Assembly (NCBI GenBank): GCA_963706955.1
Contig: CAVPOC010000008.1
Span: 288,001-352,000, forward strand
Length of the DNA: 64,000 nucleotides
Reading direction: 5' to 3'
DNA from: an uncultured Verrucomicrobiae bacterium
Lineage (GTDB): Bacteria > Verrucomicrobiota > Verrucomicrobiia > Chthoniobacterales > Terrimicrobiaceae
Shown: in pieces, positions 48,417-59,197 of the stretch
How the letters are laid out: each line of letters begins with the position of its first letter
Numbering within the stretch: position 1 is the first letter of the stretch
Program-made: the position numbers and the translations under genes
The notes under the pieces: model-generated
What the model was told of the DNA's origin: nothing
Database searches by the model: none
What the model saw: the letters and a program-made list of their open reading frames with translations, nothing else

Positions 48417-49169
48417 TTGTTCTGCAGGTCGGCGTCTCACGAGGTGCAACCAGTTGGCCGATCAGGACTCGCAGCGCCCTGCCCAGCGGAGTTCTTTCCT
48501 GCGCTTGACGCACTCGCCTTCGTGCGGACGGCGTTCATCCGACGTTGTCCCGGTGTTGAGGTTGTTACCGACCGTGAGACCGCACTTACCCGACTCTGGT
48601 TAGCTCACAGGGATACGGCGGACGCGTTGGGATTCTCCGGGATGCCGTTCGTGCTCGCCGAGCAGGTCCACGGAAGCGGCGTTGCTCGGGTCGACGCGCC
48701 GTCCACAGTTCCCGTGCCCGGCGCGGACGGGCTTATTACTTCACAGTCGCAGCTTTGTCTGGCCATCTACGTCGCCGATTGTGCGGCCGTTTATCTTGCC
48801 GATAAGAAAACTCGCTCGATCGGTCTCATTCACGCCGGGAAAAAGGGAGCGCAACTTGGCGTGGTGAAAGAAGCGATTGCGGCAATGCAGGAGCAATTCG
48901 GCATCGATCCCCGCAATTTGGTAATGCAGATCTCGCCTTGCATTCGCCCTCCCCATTACGAGGTCGACTTTGCTGCGGATATCGTTCGCCAGGCTCGCGA
49001 AGCCGGAGTGCAGGCCATCTTTGACTGCGACACCTGCACTGCCTGCCATCCCGACCTCTACTACTCCTACCGACGAGAAAAAGGCTCGACTGGTCGGCTC
49101 CTCGCCCTCGCCGCAATCATCCCAGGAGAAAGCAGGGATCGTGAGCTGACCGCAGGCCCTCCGAATTAA
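48417..49169 (+). CDS. pgeF: YfiH/PgeF (multicopper oxidase-like purine nucleoside enzyme) family
   Basis: EQVHG, ADGLIT, VADCAAV, IHAG, CTACHPDLYYSYRRE. Confidence 0.88.
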   Translation: MFCRSASHEVQPVGRSGLAAPCPAEFFPALDALAFVRTAFIRRCPGVEVVTDRETALTRLWLAHRDTADALGFSGMPFVLAEQVHGSGVARVDAPSTVPVPGADGLITSQSQLCLAIYVADCAAVYLADKKTRSIGLIHAGKKGAQLGVVKEAIAAMQEQFGIDPRNLVMQISPCIRPPHYEVDFAADIVRQAREAGVQAIFDCDTCTACHPDLYYSYRREKGSTGRLLALAAIIPGESRDRELTAGPPN

Positions 49170-49954
49170 GAACCGATGCGTTCCAGAAGAGCCGGCAACT
49201 CAGGAAGTCCCGATATGGTGAAATCCGGGTCAACTGGAGAATGCTCTTCTGATCCGGGGACCTTCAGCCAGATGGAGATGATGCCGGCGTTGCGAGCGCC
49301 GCGAATATCGCGTTCCAGGCTGTTACCGACCATCGCAGCTTCGGCCGGTGAGACACCGAGGCGATCGGTGAGATGGAGAAAAATCTCCGGACGCGGTTTC
49401 CCGATGCCATAAACGCCGGAAATTACGATCTGGCTAAAGAGGCTTTCGGTTCCGCTCGCGACGATCTTCTCCCGCTGAAGATCGGGCGCGCCATTGGTCA
49501 ACAGCCCCAGTGCATAACGCGAGGATAGCCGGGTGAGAACTTCGCGAGCGTCTGGCATGAGGCGCTGCAACAACCGGCGCTCACGACCAAAAGCCGCGGC
49601 AAGATCCCGCGACCCTTCGCCACTTTCAATCATCTGCTGACGCAGCGCGTGATCGAAAACCTGTTCCCGAAAAGCAAATGCCCACTTTCTCAGTTCGGCA
49701 AATTCTCCATCTCCTTCGAACCTTCCCCAGAGGCATTCAAAGGCGCTGATCCCCAGGGACCGACAGAAGGAATAGCAGGGTCCTGCAGCCCAAAGAACCC
49801 TGGCCTGCTCGGCCGCATCGCGGGCAAAACGCGCTTCTTCTGCTCCATGCTTGTCGCGAGCGTATCGCGCCACCGCTTCAAAGGCTTCCTGCGAGACCGC
49901 TTCGTCAACAATCACCGTGTCGTCAAGATCGAACAAGACCGCTCGTAGTGGCAT
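49166..49954 (-). CDS. HAD-superfamily hydrolase
   Basis: LFDLDDT, LLTNG, GKPRPEIF, MVGNSLERDIRGA. Confidence 0.9.
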   Translation of the reverse strand: MPLRAVLFDLDDTVIVDEAVSQEAFEAVARYARDKHGAEEARFARDAAEQARVLWAAGPCYSFCRSLGISAFECLWGRFEGDGEFAELRKWAFAFREQVFDHALRQQMIESGEGSRDLAAAFGRERRLLQRLMPDAREVLTRLSSRYALGLLTNGAPDLQREKIVASGTESLFSQIVISGVYGIGKPRPEIFLHLTDRLGVSPAEAAMVGNSLERDIRGARNAGIISIWLKVPGSEEHSPVDPDFTISGLPELPALLERIGS

Positions 49955-50251
49955 CAGCCGAGCAAAGTTGCGCAGGCTTCAAGGCTCAAGACCAAATATC
50001 CGGAGGGAGAGGATTCTTGAATACTGCTGTCACTGCCCGACCGCACCACCCGCGGTGCTCTCGCCCGGCAGGCGAATTCGGGACAAAATTCCGAGGAGCA
50101 AACGCGTCCTCGCGTGTCGTCGCCGGTGTCTCGCCGGCGACCGATTCCAATCCATTCTGAATGAGTGCTGGTGCAGGTGCATCCCGCGGTTACGAACGGA
50201 ATCCACCCTGAGCTCGAATCTGTGAACTCTCCCAATCCGTGGACCAATAAC

Positions 50252-50840
50252 CTCGTTAGTTCAGGTCATTTCATTCCGCTTCGCAGAATCGGTGGTATGG
50301 GGATTATCTCGCCTCTCGGCGAGCTCTGCCAGTTTGGCTTCGCCCGCAAAGGGCGCTTCCGCGCCCGGCAGTCGAACTGAAGTTCTCATCCCCAGCTCAA
50401 GTCATTTGATTCGGCTTCGCCGAACTTGTGGAGGTATGGGGATTATCTCGCCTCCGGCGAGCTCTGCCAGTTTGGCTTCGCCCGCAAAGGGCGCTTCCGC
50501 GCCGGGCAGTCGAACTGAAGTTCTCATCCCCAACTCACGTCATTTGATTCGGCTTCGCCGAACTTGTGGAGGTATGGGGATTATCTCGCCTCCGGCGAGC
50601 TCTGCCAGTTTGGCTCCGCCCGCAAGGGCGCTTCCGCGCCGGGCAGTCGAACTGAAGTTCTCATCCCCAGCTCAAGTCATTTGATTCGGCTTCGCCGAAC
50701 TTGTGGAGGTATGGGGATTATCTCGCCTCCGGCGAGCTCTGCTAGTTTGGCTCCGCCCGCAAGGGCGCTTCCGCGCCGGGCAGTCGAACTGAAGTTCTCA
50801 TCCCCAGCTCAAGTCATTTGATTCGGCTTCGCCGAACTTG
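50252..50840 (-). repeat. tRNA-linked tandem repeat array: four 137-139 bp units plus a degenerate partial unit
   Basis: The tRNA 3'-end word TGGAGGTATGGGGATT recurs at 50841 (tRNA), 50704, 50567, 50429 and degenerately at 50290, separated by near-identical ~121-bp blocks. Confidence 0.93.
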
Positions 50841-50913
50841 TGGAGGTATGGGGATTCGAACCCCAGACCTTCTCATTGCGAACGAGACGCTCTACCAACT
50901 GAGCTATACCCCC
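50841..50913 (-). tRNA. tRNA-Ala (anticodon CGC), CCA not encoded
   Basis: GGGGGTATAGCTCAGTTGGTAGAGCGTCTCGTTCGCAATGAGAAGGTCTGGGGTTCGAATCCCCATACCTCCA forms a cloverleaf with G3:U70 and A73. Confidence 0.97.
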
Positions 50914-50961
50914 AACATCATTGATTTCAGTGAGTTACATTATATCTCTGGAGCAAGAAAG

Positions 50962-51213
50962 ATGCTTGTCTGTACCAGCAACGTTATTGGTAGGCGCCAC
51001 CAAGCGGAGCACCACCCTTGTCTGAAACGTCATGAGATCAACGGAGATTACTATGCTGCAAAGAAAATCCGCGGCAAGATCAAAACCCACGCTCTCCGCC
51101 CGAAAAGCCGCATTGCCATTACTGATAGAAAGCTCGCTGAGCGAGAACTGCGCGAGTGGCTGGTTTGGAACGGGAAGACGAGCTTTCAACCCTGCGAGCG
51201 TTCTTCCAGATAA
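50962..51213 (+). pseudogene. Tyrosine-integrase N-terminal remnant
   Basis: LKRHEINGDYYAAKKIRGKIKTHAL...TDRKLAERELREWL resembles integrase arm-binding N-termini. Adjacent to the att site and truncated. Confidence 0.6.
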
Positions 51214-51827
51214 TCGGCCAGCCCATCTGTCGCAGATTCTTCGCCAGTTCTTCCTGTTTCCAACAGAGGCGTACGCGCAGACTTTGATCTTCGGTCCCAC
51301 AGATTCGTATAAGTCGTTTGTTCATGATAAGACTGAACTGTAGTGCGACGCACGAACCGTGGCCGCACCACGGACGGACAGATTCGGCCTCGGCTAATCC
51401 AGGCCATGCGCGCATCGTCAGAAGGAGCAATTCCGGGTTGAGATCGCCGGTCGACTGGAACTAGAAGGCCGTGCGTGCGGGATCCCCACCTCGACGCCGT
51501 AGCGAAGCTCGTTCAACAACTCCCGACCTTGGCGGTCTCGCCGCCAGCCAACGCCGTGCCCGGCGAGCGTGAGCCAGCTCGGAACGATTCGCAGAATTTG
51601 ATTCGGTGGGAAACAGAGTAGCAGCGATTGACGCTTGAAGATCGGCATCAGCAGAGAAGAAGGTTTTCGCCTGCTTTGATCCGTAGTTTGCCGCAAAGGG
51701 TGGAACGTTGCCATCCTCTTATCGAAGTCTCATATTGACAGCGTTTTCAAGCAGTGGTGAACCCACCGTTGATTTAGGCTAATCGAGCGTCCAGGTTAGG
51801 GATGTTAGGGATATATGGAGGAGAGCA

Positions 51828-53240
51828 ATGATAGACGTGCGGGTCACAACAATCTCAGGTGCAATCGTTGATGAGACAGCTATCCAAAGCTTTAGGGCTA
51901 ATTTACGCGGGGAGCTTCTACGACCTAACGACGATAGCTACGAAGCGACCCGTAAGGTCTTTAACAGAATGATTGACAAACGGCCAACGCTCATTGCGCG
52001 TTGCGCCGGTGCCGCGGACGTTATCAAAGCAATCAACTTCGCCCGCTCAAATAACCTCTTAGTGGCGGTTCGCGGTGGCGGCCATAGTGTTGCTGGTAAG
52101 TCGGTTTGCGATGGCGGACTCTTGATTGATCTCTCCCTAATGAAGGGGTTGCGCGTTGACCCTGTGCGCCGCACTGCCCGCGCAGAGCCCGGCCTGAGAT
52201 TAGGCGAATTCGACCGTGAAACGGGGGCTTTCGATTTGGCGACCACCCTTGGGATTGTTTCCACGACTGGCATTGCGGGGCTGACGCTCGGCGGCGGACT
52301 CGGCTGGCTTAACGGTAAATACGGGCTGGCTTGCGATAACCTGCTCTCGGCTGATGTAGTAACCGCAAACGGCCAGTTCCTGACGGCGAGCGCCAGCGAG
52401 AACTCGGATCTGTTCTGGGGCCTACGAGGCGGCGGCGGGAATTTCGGCGTCGTAACCTCATTCGAGTACCGACTGCATCCAGTGGACACGGTGCTCGGCG
52501 GGATGGCCCTCTACGCATTCGATAAGGCGAAGGATGTCCTCCGCTTCTATCTCGATCTATCGGCGGGATGCCCTGATGAACTCTCAACCGCCATCGCCCT
52601 GTTGACCAGCCCGGATGGCTCACCCGTCGTTGCCTTCGTTGTTTGCTACTGCGGGCCGATGGGCGATGGTGAACAAGTGCTCCAGCCGGTTCGGTCGTTC
52701 GGTCCGCCCCTCATGGATGAAATCAAGCCCATGCTATATGCGGCGCACCAATCAATTATTGATGGTGCATTTCCTCACGGACGACAGCATTACTGGAAGT
52801 CCGGTTTCGCAAGCGGTCTTAGTGCTGAGGGCATCGAGATCATGGTTCACTTCATGGCTCGCAAGCCTTCGCCGTTGACCGTGTGCTATCTTCAGCAGTT
52901 GCACGGAGCGGCAGCCCGCGTCTCGCCCACAGAAACAGCCTTCCCTCACCGCGCTGACCAGTTTGACTTCGCTATCCAGTCGCAGTGGGAGGATTCTTCC
53001 GCGGGTGAGCAAAACGTCGCTTGGACAAAGGCATTCTTCGAGACCATGCAGCCCCACTTGGAGAAAGCGGTGTATGTCAACAATCTCGGTGAGGAGGGAG
53101 ATGAGCGTGTGAGGGCCGCTTACGGGCCGAACTACGATCGGTTGGCGGCTTTGAAGAATAAGTACGACACGACGAACTTCTTCCGCTTGAATCAAAATAT
53201 TAAGCCGGAGGGAGAACGGGACAATCATACCGCCCGATAG
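51828..53240 (+). CDS. FAD-linked oxidoreductase (FAD_binding_4 + BBE domain)
   Basis: VRGGGHSVAG (covalent FAD His), LFWGLRGGGGNFGVVT, YVNN...KNKYD..NFFRLNQNI. Confidence 0.93.
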   Translation: MIDVRVTTISGAIVDETAIQSFRANLRGELLRPNDDSYEATRKVFNRMIDKRPTLIARCAGAADVIKAINFARSNNLLVAVRGGGHSVAGKSVCDGGLLIDLSLMKGLRVDPVRRTARAEPGLRLGEFDRETGAFDLATTLGIVSTTGIAGLTLGGGLGWLNGKYGLACDNLLSADVVTANGQFLTASASENSDLFWGLRGGGGNFGVVTSFEYRLHPVDTVLGGMALYAFDKAKDVLRFYLDLSAGCPDELSTAIALLTSPDGSPVVAFVVCYCGPMGDGEQVLQPVRSFGPPLMDEIKPMLYAAHQSIIDGAFPHGRQHYWKSGFASGLSAEGIEIMVHFMARKPSPLTVCYLQQLHGAAARVSPTETAFPHRADQFDFAIQSQWEDSSAGEQNVAWTKAFFETMQPHLEKAVYVNNLGEEGDERVRAAYGPNYDRLAALKNKYDTTNFFRLNQNIKPEGERDNHTAR

Positions 53241-53401
53241 CATTCCTTTCATGCTCCTTTGCTGCGATGAGATTGAATGCCTCACGCGGGCGGCGGCTCA
53301 ATTGCGACGTTCTTGGACCACGTGATTCTCCGCTTGTAGCTGGGTGGTGACGCGCCTTAATAAACTCCTCTCAACGCACTCGGTGATCGGGCTCTCTTGA
53401 A

Positions 53402-53638
53402 GTGCACGACGAAGCCGTGACGAACCATGATCTCAAGGGCGTGATCGCATGCCTGACCGAAAAGCTTGCGATCATTTGGCATAGGTCCCGGAGAGATCTG
53501 GGTTGGCCGGACGAAATCAAAGTGGCCTCCGAGCACTTCTTCGAAGGCTTCGACAAAGGAGAGCAGAAATTTGAATATCAGTTTAAGATCGGCGGCGTAA
53601 CCGCCGACATGGGCTGGCTGATGGCGTCGGCAATGTAA
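53402..53638 (+). pseudogene. NTF2/SnoaL-like fragment
   Basis: HDEAVTNHDLKGVIAC...GWPDEIK...FFEGF pattern, ends abruptly at the CorA fragment. Confidence 0.4.
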
Positions 53639-53639
53639 C

Positions 53640-53865
53640 GAACACGTCCCCGAGCGGCCAGACGGCCCGCTTGATGGAAAGAAGCTCGCGCTTCAAGTTG
53701 TAGATGCGGCTCGTTGCCTCCTGGATGAATTTCTCACCCAATATAACATCTTCCGGCTCAACCACTTGATCTTCGAATGCTTCCAAGATCGGGAAGTACT
53801 GGTCGACCACGAAATCCATCAGGGCGTAGAGGACAAAGCCAGGACCGTTGGCGAGAAGACGCTGT
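53640..53865 (-). pseudogene. CorA Mg/Co transporter internal fragment
   Basis: GPGFVLYALMDFVVDQYFPILE...RIYNLKRELLSIKRAVWPL; no TM or GMN segment. Confidence 0.78.
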
Positions 53866-55322
53866 GCGGTGAGATTGTTTAAACACAGAAGACCAACGAC
53901 TTATGCCTTGGGCTGGCGATCCAGGCTAAAGGTTTCATAGGTGCGATTTAAAATGAAAGAGCTAAGCCTTGAACGGAGCCGAATCAGTCATCGACCCCGA
54001 AAGCGCAAAAGGGATCCGGGCAAGCGGCACGAGCGTTTTAATCTTTTCGGAAATATGGCCAAGTTTCGAGAGCAAAAGCGTCCGGCGGATTCCCTTTAGA
54101 TGCCATCCAAGCGTGCGGAATCTGTATTCCCGCACGAGACAGCGGAAATGCAGGCGAATTTGTTGCTTAGGCGAGAGGATATTTTTTCTCATGTACCTGT
54201 ACGCGCGATTTTGCTAAAATTCCTAAAGGAGATGCGCGATCCGCTAGGGCTTTTCAGCTCATCAAACAGCGGCAATGGATGTTCTCGCGCGATTTCCTTT
54301 TTAGGCGCGGCTGTGCTGACTCGATAGCACGAAGGCTGTGGTGAATGTTATGCTTAGCGGTTCCATGCGCGGTGTGCTGGTAGTCAAGCGTAAGAAGCCG
54401 TCTCGGTCGTATTTCAGCGGCTTACATAAGCTTCGCTGATGGAAAGGAGCGTGTCGATCACTGGCATCGAAGACGACTCCTGCACCACATCAGTCGAATC
54501 AGAACAGTTTTTTTGTTTTATGTCCTCTCCCGAGATGGCAATTGTTATTTTGGTTTTTTGGCGCGAAGCCTCCATCGGTATTCTCCAGCCTGACCTTTGA
54601 ATATCGTGTAAATCATAAATGAGCCTCATACGCTGCTTCGGCTGAGGCGCGCAAACATTTCACCATATGTGAGCTGGTCGCGCTACTGCTGCCAAGAGCT
54701 GGATTTTTCGCCAGAATGACCGCCGGATCAGCCAGCTTAAGCGTATCCGAACCTGCAAGCCGTGTTGACCCGCCCAATCGATTCGCAACTGATCCGCGCC
54801 ATATCAGCGAATAGCTGAGATGGCCGTCAGTTACTCGTGCTTGGATTCACGGGTACCTCGAATTGGGCAAAGACCCGTTACTGCCGAGTCTGAGGATCGC
54901 ACTCGCTTTTTGAAAAACGAACGACAGTCGCTTTCCACTGCCCTTAAAAAAGAAAGAGCAAAGTCGGCTCTCACTGTTTTTACTCTCTTTTCAGAAAGCA
55001 ATTTCGTTTATTTAACGAGACCAGCGGAGTTAACCTTGCCTACATTTAGAATGCCATAGTTCTCTCAAAACGCAAGTGATTACTCGGCCGGTTTGTTGAG
55101 GCCGCTGGCCAGCATGATCATCGGCGGGTCGAGGCCGGTCTATGCATCATTGCTAGGCACGCTGTCCCTGGGGAGCCCTCAAGAAACGTTTCAGCTTGCG
55201 AATGAGTATCTGCACGTAGGTTCCTGTCCCGCCATATTTCTTTATCATTTCGAAATCGATCGGAAGCGGGTCGATTTCTTGCCCCTCGCCTTGCCTCTTA
55301 TGCCGATCAAAAAGATGCAGAT

Positions 55323-55670
55323 GTGATTGTTCTGGGACTTGCTCGGGGCGGAGTGCCGATCGGAAATGCAATAGCGCGGGCTTTGAACGTGTCGCTGGAC
55401 GTTCTCGTCGTGCGCAAGCTAGGAATGCCTGGACACGAGGAACGGGCCATGGGAGCCATTGCTTCCGGTATGGTGCGCGTGTTGAACCGGGATGTCCGGT
55501 TACGGCCCGCGAAGACCGGGGAAATGGGGCGACGCGAGCGACAATATCGAGACAGCCGTATCCTCCAGGATTTGGAGCAAAAAACCGTCATTCTAACGGA
55601 CGATGGCCCAGCCACGGGCGCGACCATGCATGCAGCCGTAATGTCGCTAAGACAGCGCAAAATTGCCCGA
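55323..55670 (+). pseudogene. Phosphoribosyltransferase remnant
   Basis: VLGLARGGVP, LVVRKLGMPGHEERAMGAIA and VILTDDGPATGATM, with missing N-terminus, internal deletion and missing C-terminus. Confidence 0.75.
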
Positions 55671-55835
55671 TGCTCGCGCCCTACCTGTGCCGATCGCATT
55701 TCGGGGACCGTCCAGACCCACTTCGCGCGCCTCAATCAGCAGGGTGGCACCCAGCCGCTAAAATATTTGAAGAATTTGCGCCTATTGCACGGGAATCCTA
55801 GCCCGTCGATGCAAGAGAGCCGCAGGACGACCTGA

Positions 55836-56633
55836 TCATGGCGCTGCTGAGCTCGGCGAGGTGGGCGACGGTTTGATAAATGGGGCAAACAAGTCCATCG
55901 GGATCGGCAAGAACGTCGTCGTATTATGCTCACCGGAGATCTCCTTCATTGTCTGTAGGTAGCGCAATTGCAGCGCGATCGGCTGCCCAGATATCATTGC
56001 AGCCGCCTGCACCAGCTTTTCCGCGGCTTGAAACTCGCCCTCCGCGTTGATGATCTTCGCGCGGCGTTCGCGCTCAGTCTCAGCTTGGTTAGCCATGGCA
56101 CGCTTCATTGTATCAGGCAGCATCACATCCTTGACTTCAACGGCCGTGACTTTTATTCCCCAAGGTTCGGTTTGACGGTCGATAATCTCCTGGAGGCGCT
56201 GATTGATTTTTTCGCGCTGTGAAAGCAACTCGTCCAATTCGGCCTGCCCAATAACACTGCGCAAGGTGGTTTGAGCGATCAGCGAAGTCGCTTTCAGGAA
56301 GTTCTCCACTTTGATGATGGCGGCCTCCGGGTCCAGCACACGAAAATAGACCACAGCGTCCACGGTGACGGGCACATTGTCACGAGTCATCATTTCCTGT
56401 TGGGGGACATTGATCGTGACTACGCGCAAGTCCACTTTCACAATGCGATCCACGATGGGGATGAGAAGGATTAATCCGGGTCCCTTGGCCTGTAGCAATT
56501 TACCCAGCCGGAAAATCACGCCTCGCTCGTATTCGCGAAGAATGCGAATCATTTGCGAAAGTATGATTGCTCCAAGGACGATGAGCGGGAGCGCCCACAT
56601 GATCAGTCCTGCGAATGTTTCTAATGATTGCAT
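55836..56633 (-). CDS. SPFH/band-7 (slipin/stomatin-like) protein
   Basis: [49 protein letters not shown]. Confidence 0.93.
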   Translation of the reverse strand: MQSLETFAGLIMWALPLIVLGAIILSQMIRILREYERGVIFRLGKLLQAKGPGLILLIPIVDRIVKVDLRVVTINVPQQEMMTRDNVPVTVDAVVYFRVLDPEAAIIKVENFLKATSLIAQTTLRSVIGQAELDELLSQREKINQRLQEIIDRQTEPWGIKVTAVEVKDVMLPDTMKRAMANQAETERERRAKIINAEGEFQAAEKLVQAAAMISGQPIALQLRYLQTMKEISGEHNTTTFLPIPMDLFAPFIKPSPTSPSSAAP

Positions 56634-56646
56634 GTGTTAGTTCTCC

Positions 56647-57933
56647 TTATGTCTTTGGCCTTACTTTCAGCGTCAATCCTAACACGGCGGAAACCTCCAC
56701 AGGCTTCCCCTGCTCGACCGGCGTGTCGCTCACCGCGTTCCAGTATTCACCTTCAACGAAAACTTTTCCGCCGGCCGCGTCGATCGGCGTGAACGCCGCT
56801 ACTGTCTTGCCGACCATCGTCTCCTTACCGGCCTTTATCGGCAAGAACTGCGCTCGTAATCCCTTGCCCATAATGAATGCGAAGAACAGCGCGGTGATGA
56901 TCGTTGCCGGAATAATGTAAGCAAGCGACAGGCGAAACAGAGGATCGTCTCGGTTAAACAACATCAGCGAACCGATCAAAAACGCTACTATCCCACCCAC
57001 CGTCAAGACGCCGTGCGTCGGCGCGAACACGTCGAAGACGAACAGCGCAAACGCGAGCCCGATCAAGAGCAAGCCCGTCACATTGATCGGCAGAATTGCT
57101 GCCATGTAGAGGACAAGCACCAGCGCAATCGCGCCGACCACGCCAGGCAGGATTGCGCCGGGGGTGCTGATTTCGCCGATGATTCCGTAGATCGCCACGA
57201 GCATCAGGACGAACATCACCTCGGGCCGCCACAGTAATTGAAAGATCTTCTCACTCGCGGATGTCGCGATCTCCATGACCTGGGCACCAGCGGTCTTGAG
57301 TTCCTTGCCCTCGACCACGCGTCCATTCAACTGCTGTTGCAAATCCGATAAATCCTTCGCGATAATCTCGATCACTTTCAATTCAAGCGCCTTGTCCACC
57401 GGGATCGACGCGCTCTCGCGCACGGCTGACCGCGCCCATTCGACGTTGCGATTGCGTTTGGCCGCAATCGCTTCGATGTAGCTGACGGCAAAATTTTCCA
57501 GCTTTTGTTTCATGGTGTCATCTGGTTTCTGCCCATTTCCGCTCGGGATGCCCCCGCCGATCGTCACCGGATGCGCCGCACCAATTGTGGTCGCCGGCGC
57601 CATCGCGGCGACGCTCGCCGCGAGCGTGATGAAGCAGCCGGCACTCGTCGCAGTCGCACCTATCGGGGCGACATAGACGACGACCGGAACCGGCGACGCC
57701 AATAATTGCTGGACGATCACTTGCGTTGAATCAAGCAGTCCGCCGGGCGTGTTGAGTTGAATGATCAGGCATTGGGCGTTCTGCGACTGCGCTTCGCCAA
57801 TACTACGCGAAATGTAACTCGCCGTGGCGGGACCGATCGCGCCGTTGATTTTGATGAGGCAAACTTTTTCCCCAGAAGCGCACGCCAGAAAAATTGTGAA
57901 CCACAAAGCTAAGCATGTAACCGTAGCTTTCAT
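56647..57933 (-). CDS. nfeD: NfeD long form (ClpP-class protease + membrane + OB fold)
   Basis: LNTPGGLL, ATSAG, MAPATTIGAAHPV, GKVFVEGEYWNA. Coupled to the slipin gene. Confidence 0.92.
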   Translation of the reverse strand: MKATVTCLALWFTIFLACASGEKVCLIKINGAIGPATASYISRSIGEAQSQNAQCLIIQLNTPGGLLDSTQVIVQQLLASPVPVVVYVAPIGATATSAGCFITLAASVAAMAPATTIGAAHPVTIGGGIPSGNGQKPDDTMKQKLENFAVSYIEAIAAKRNRNVEWARSAVRESASIPVDKALELKVIEIIAKDLSDLQQQLNGRVVEGKELKTAGAQVMEIATSASEKIFQLLWRPEVMFVLMLVAIYGIIGEISTPGAILPGVVGAIALVLVLYMAAILPINVTGLLLIGLAFALFVFDVFAPTHGVLTVGGIVAFLIGSLMLFNRDDPLFRLSLAYIIPATIITALFFAFIMGKGLRAQFLPIKAGKETMVGKTVAAFTPIDAAGGKVFVEGEYWNAVSDTPVEQGKPVEVSAVLGLTLKVRPKT

Positions 57934-58141
57934 ACCACCTCAGACTACTTAAGATTATCACGCTCTCGTCGACCCAGCAAATTTCCGCCCAGCATAGAGG
58001 AAGCGGAAGGAAGCAACGCCGCTGGAGCCGCCAGGGCGTTCGACTGGCGAAGCTACGCGCTGACAATAACGATCCCGTCCGTGACCGGCTCTTCTATTTA
58101 GCTGTCTTGCAAGATTTGACACAAGATTCTAAATTATTTAG

Positions 58142-58564
58142 GTGAGAAAAATGATTCGCGATCATCTTGTGCCGGCTGTTAAAGAGGTATTCTCGAATCT
58201 TGCGTTTAAGATTTCACCTACTTCAAATCCTATTATTTCGCTTTCTTCCAGTTTGGCGGAAATCGGCGATCTGCACATATATGATGATGGCGACCAGGCG
58301 ACGGTTATCATTACTGGGATTACGCACGGAGATTTTGGTGTCTATGACGAAAATCTCAACACAGAAGAGAAGGAACAAATTATTACAGAAGACGTGATCA
58401 GTTTTCTCGTGACCCTATTTTCCGATCGCGTTGTTCTCTACCGAACTTCCTCAAAAGGCATCGGCGGCTGGACCGTTATTGAACAGGGCGTCAAGGACAT
58501 TGAGTTCGTAGCTGGGCGCGAGTATTTTGTCTGGTCTGGCCCCATAACACCGCCTAAAGCGTAA
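58142..58564 (+). CDS. Hypothetical acidic protein (AT-rich)
   Basis: 140-aa ORF with protein-like composition in an AT-rich stretch; no motif recognised. Confidence 0.55.
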   Translation: MRKMIRDHLVPAVKEVFSNLAFKISPTSNPIISLSSSLAEIGDLHIYDDGDQATVIITGITHGDFGVYDENLNTEEKEQIITEDVISFLVTLFSDRVVLYRTSSKGIGGWTVIEQGVKDIEFVAGREYFVWSGPITPPKA

Positions 58565-59197
58565 AGGACTCTCAACTATCGGATGTGACGTTTTAATGTC
58601 GCGGACTTCAATCCATTGCATTCTACGACGTATGTTCCCTTGGCTTGGTATCCATTTGTTGGAATTCGACGGCGACTAGCCCGCAGAGATGCTTAAACAG
58701 CAAATCACACGAACCGACCGCTGTCCCCGGGCACCGATTATTCTGTAATGCTGTCGAGCGTTGCCATCGCACGCTCGCCGTCTTCTTCATACTCATTTTC
58801 TTTGGGCACCAGCTCGTGTTGTCGAACTCATGAGGTCCGTTGGAGGCAGTTCAACCAATTGGCGCAGGTTTTCTACGTCGCCCATGCGTGCGACAGGCAA
58901 GGCCGGAAATCTGACGACGAATGCGCAAGCCTTGCGACTGCACGGACAAAGGCTTAGCCGCAAAGATGCAAGGAGCGAGTTTAAGCTACTCGGAATTTAT
59001 TTGATGTTCGACCTCTCTTTGCCAGGTGGTTACGCACTACAACTTTTGCCGGATTCACCAAAGCTTACCCGTCACGCACGCTATAGAATTCGCGGTTTAC
59101 GGATCATGTGTTGAGCCCGAAGAAGTGGTTGCGCTTCTACTAGATACGTCATGACTTTTTGACTCGTCGTTAAAAAGCCATCATCTTTACGGCAAGC

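Noticed and set aside
50252..50840. CRISPR array
   Set aside because: Units are near-identical along their whole 137-139 bp length, there are no unique spacers and no cas genes, and the repeat contains the tRNA 3' end
50165..50961. Repetitive ORFs (50292-50684, 50564-50821, 5' part of 50818-51213)
   Set aside because: These are translations of the DNA repeat and the tRNA antisense strand; unit lengths of 137 and 139 break the frame
53870..55320. Short ORFs in the AT-rich island stretch (also 51418-51714 and 59941-60270)
   Set aside because: No recognisable motifs or consistent frame; probably eroded remnants that cannot be assigned by eye
55836..57933. nfeD-slipin as a novel system
   Set aside because: A well-described, widespread gene pair
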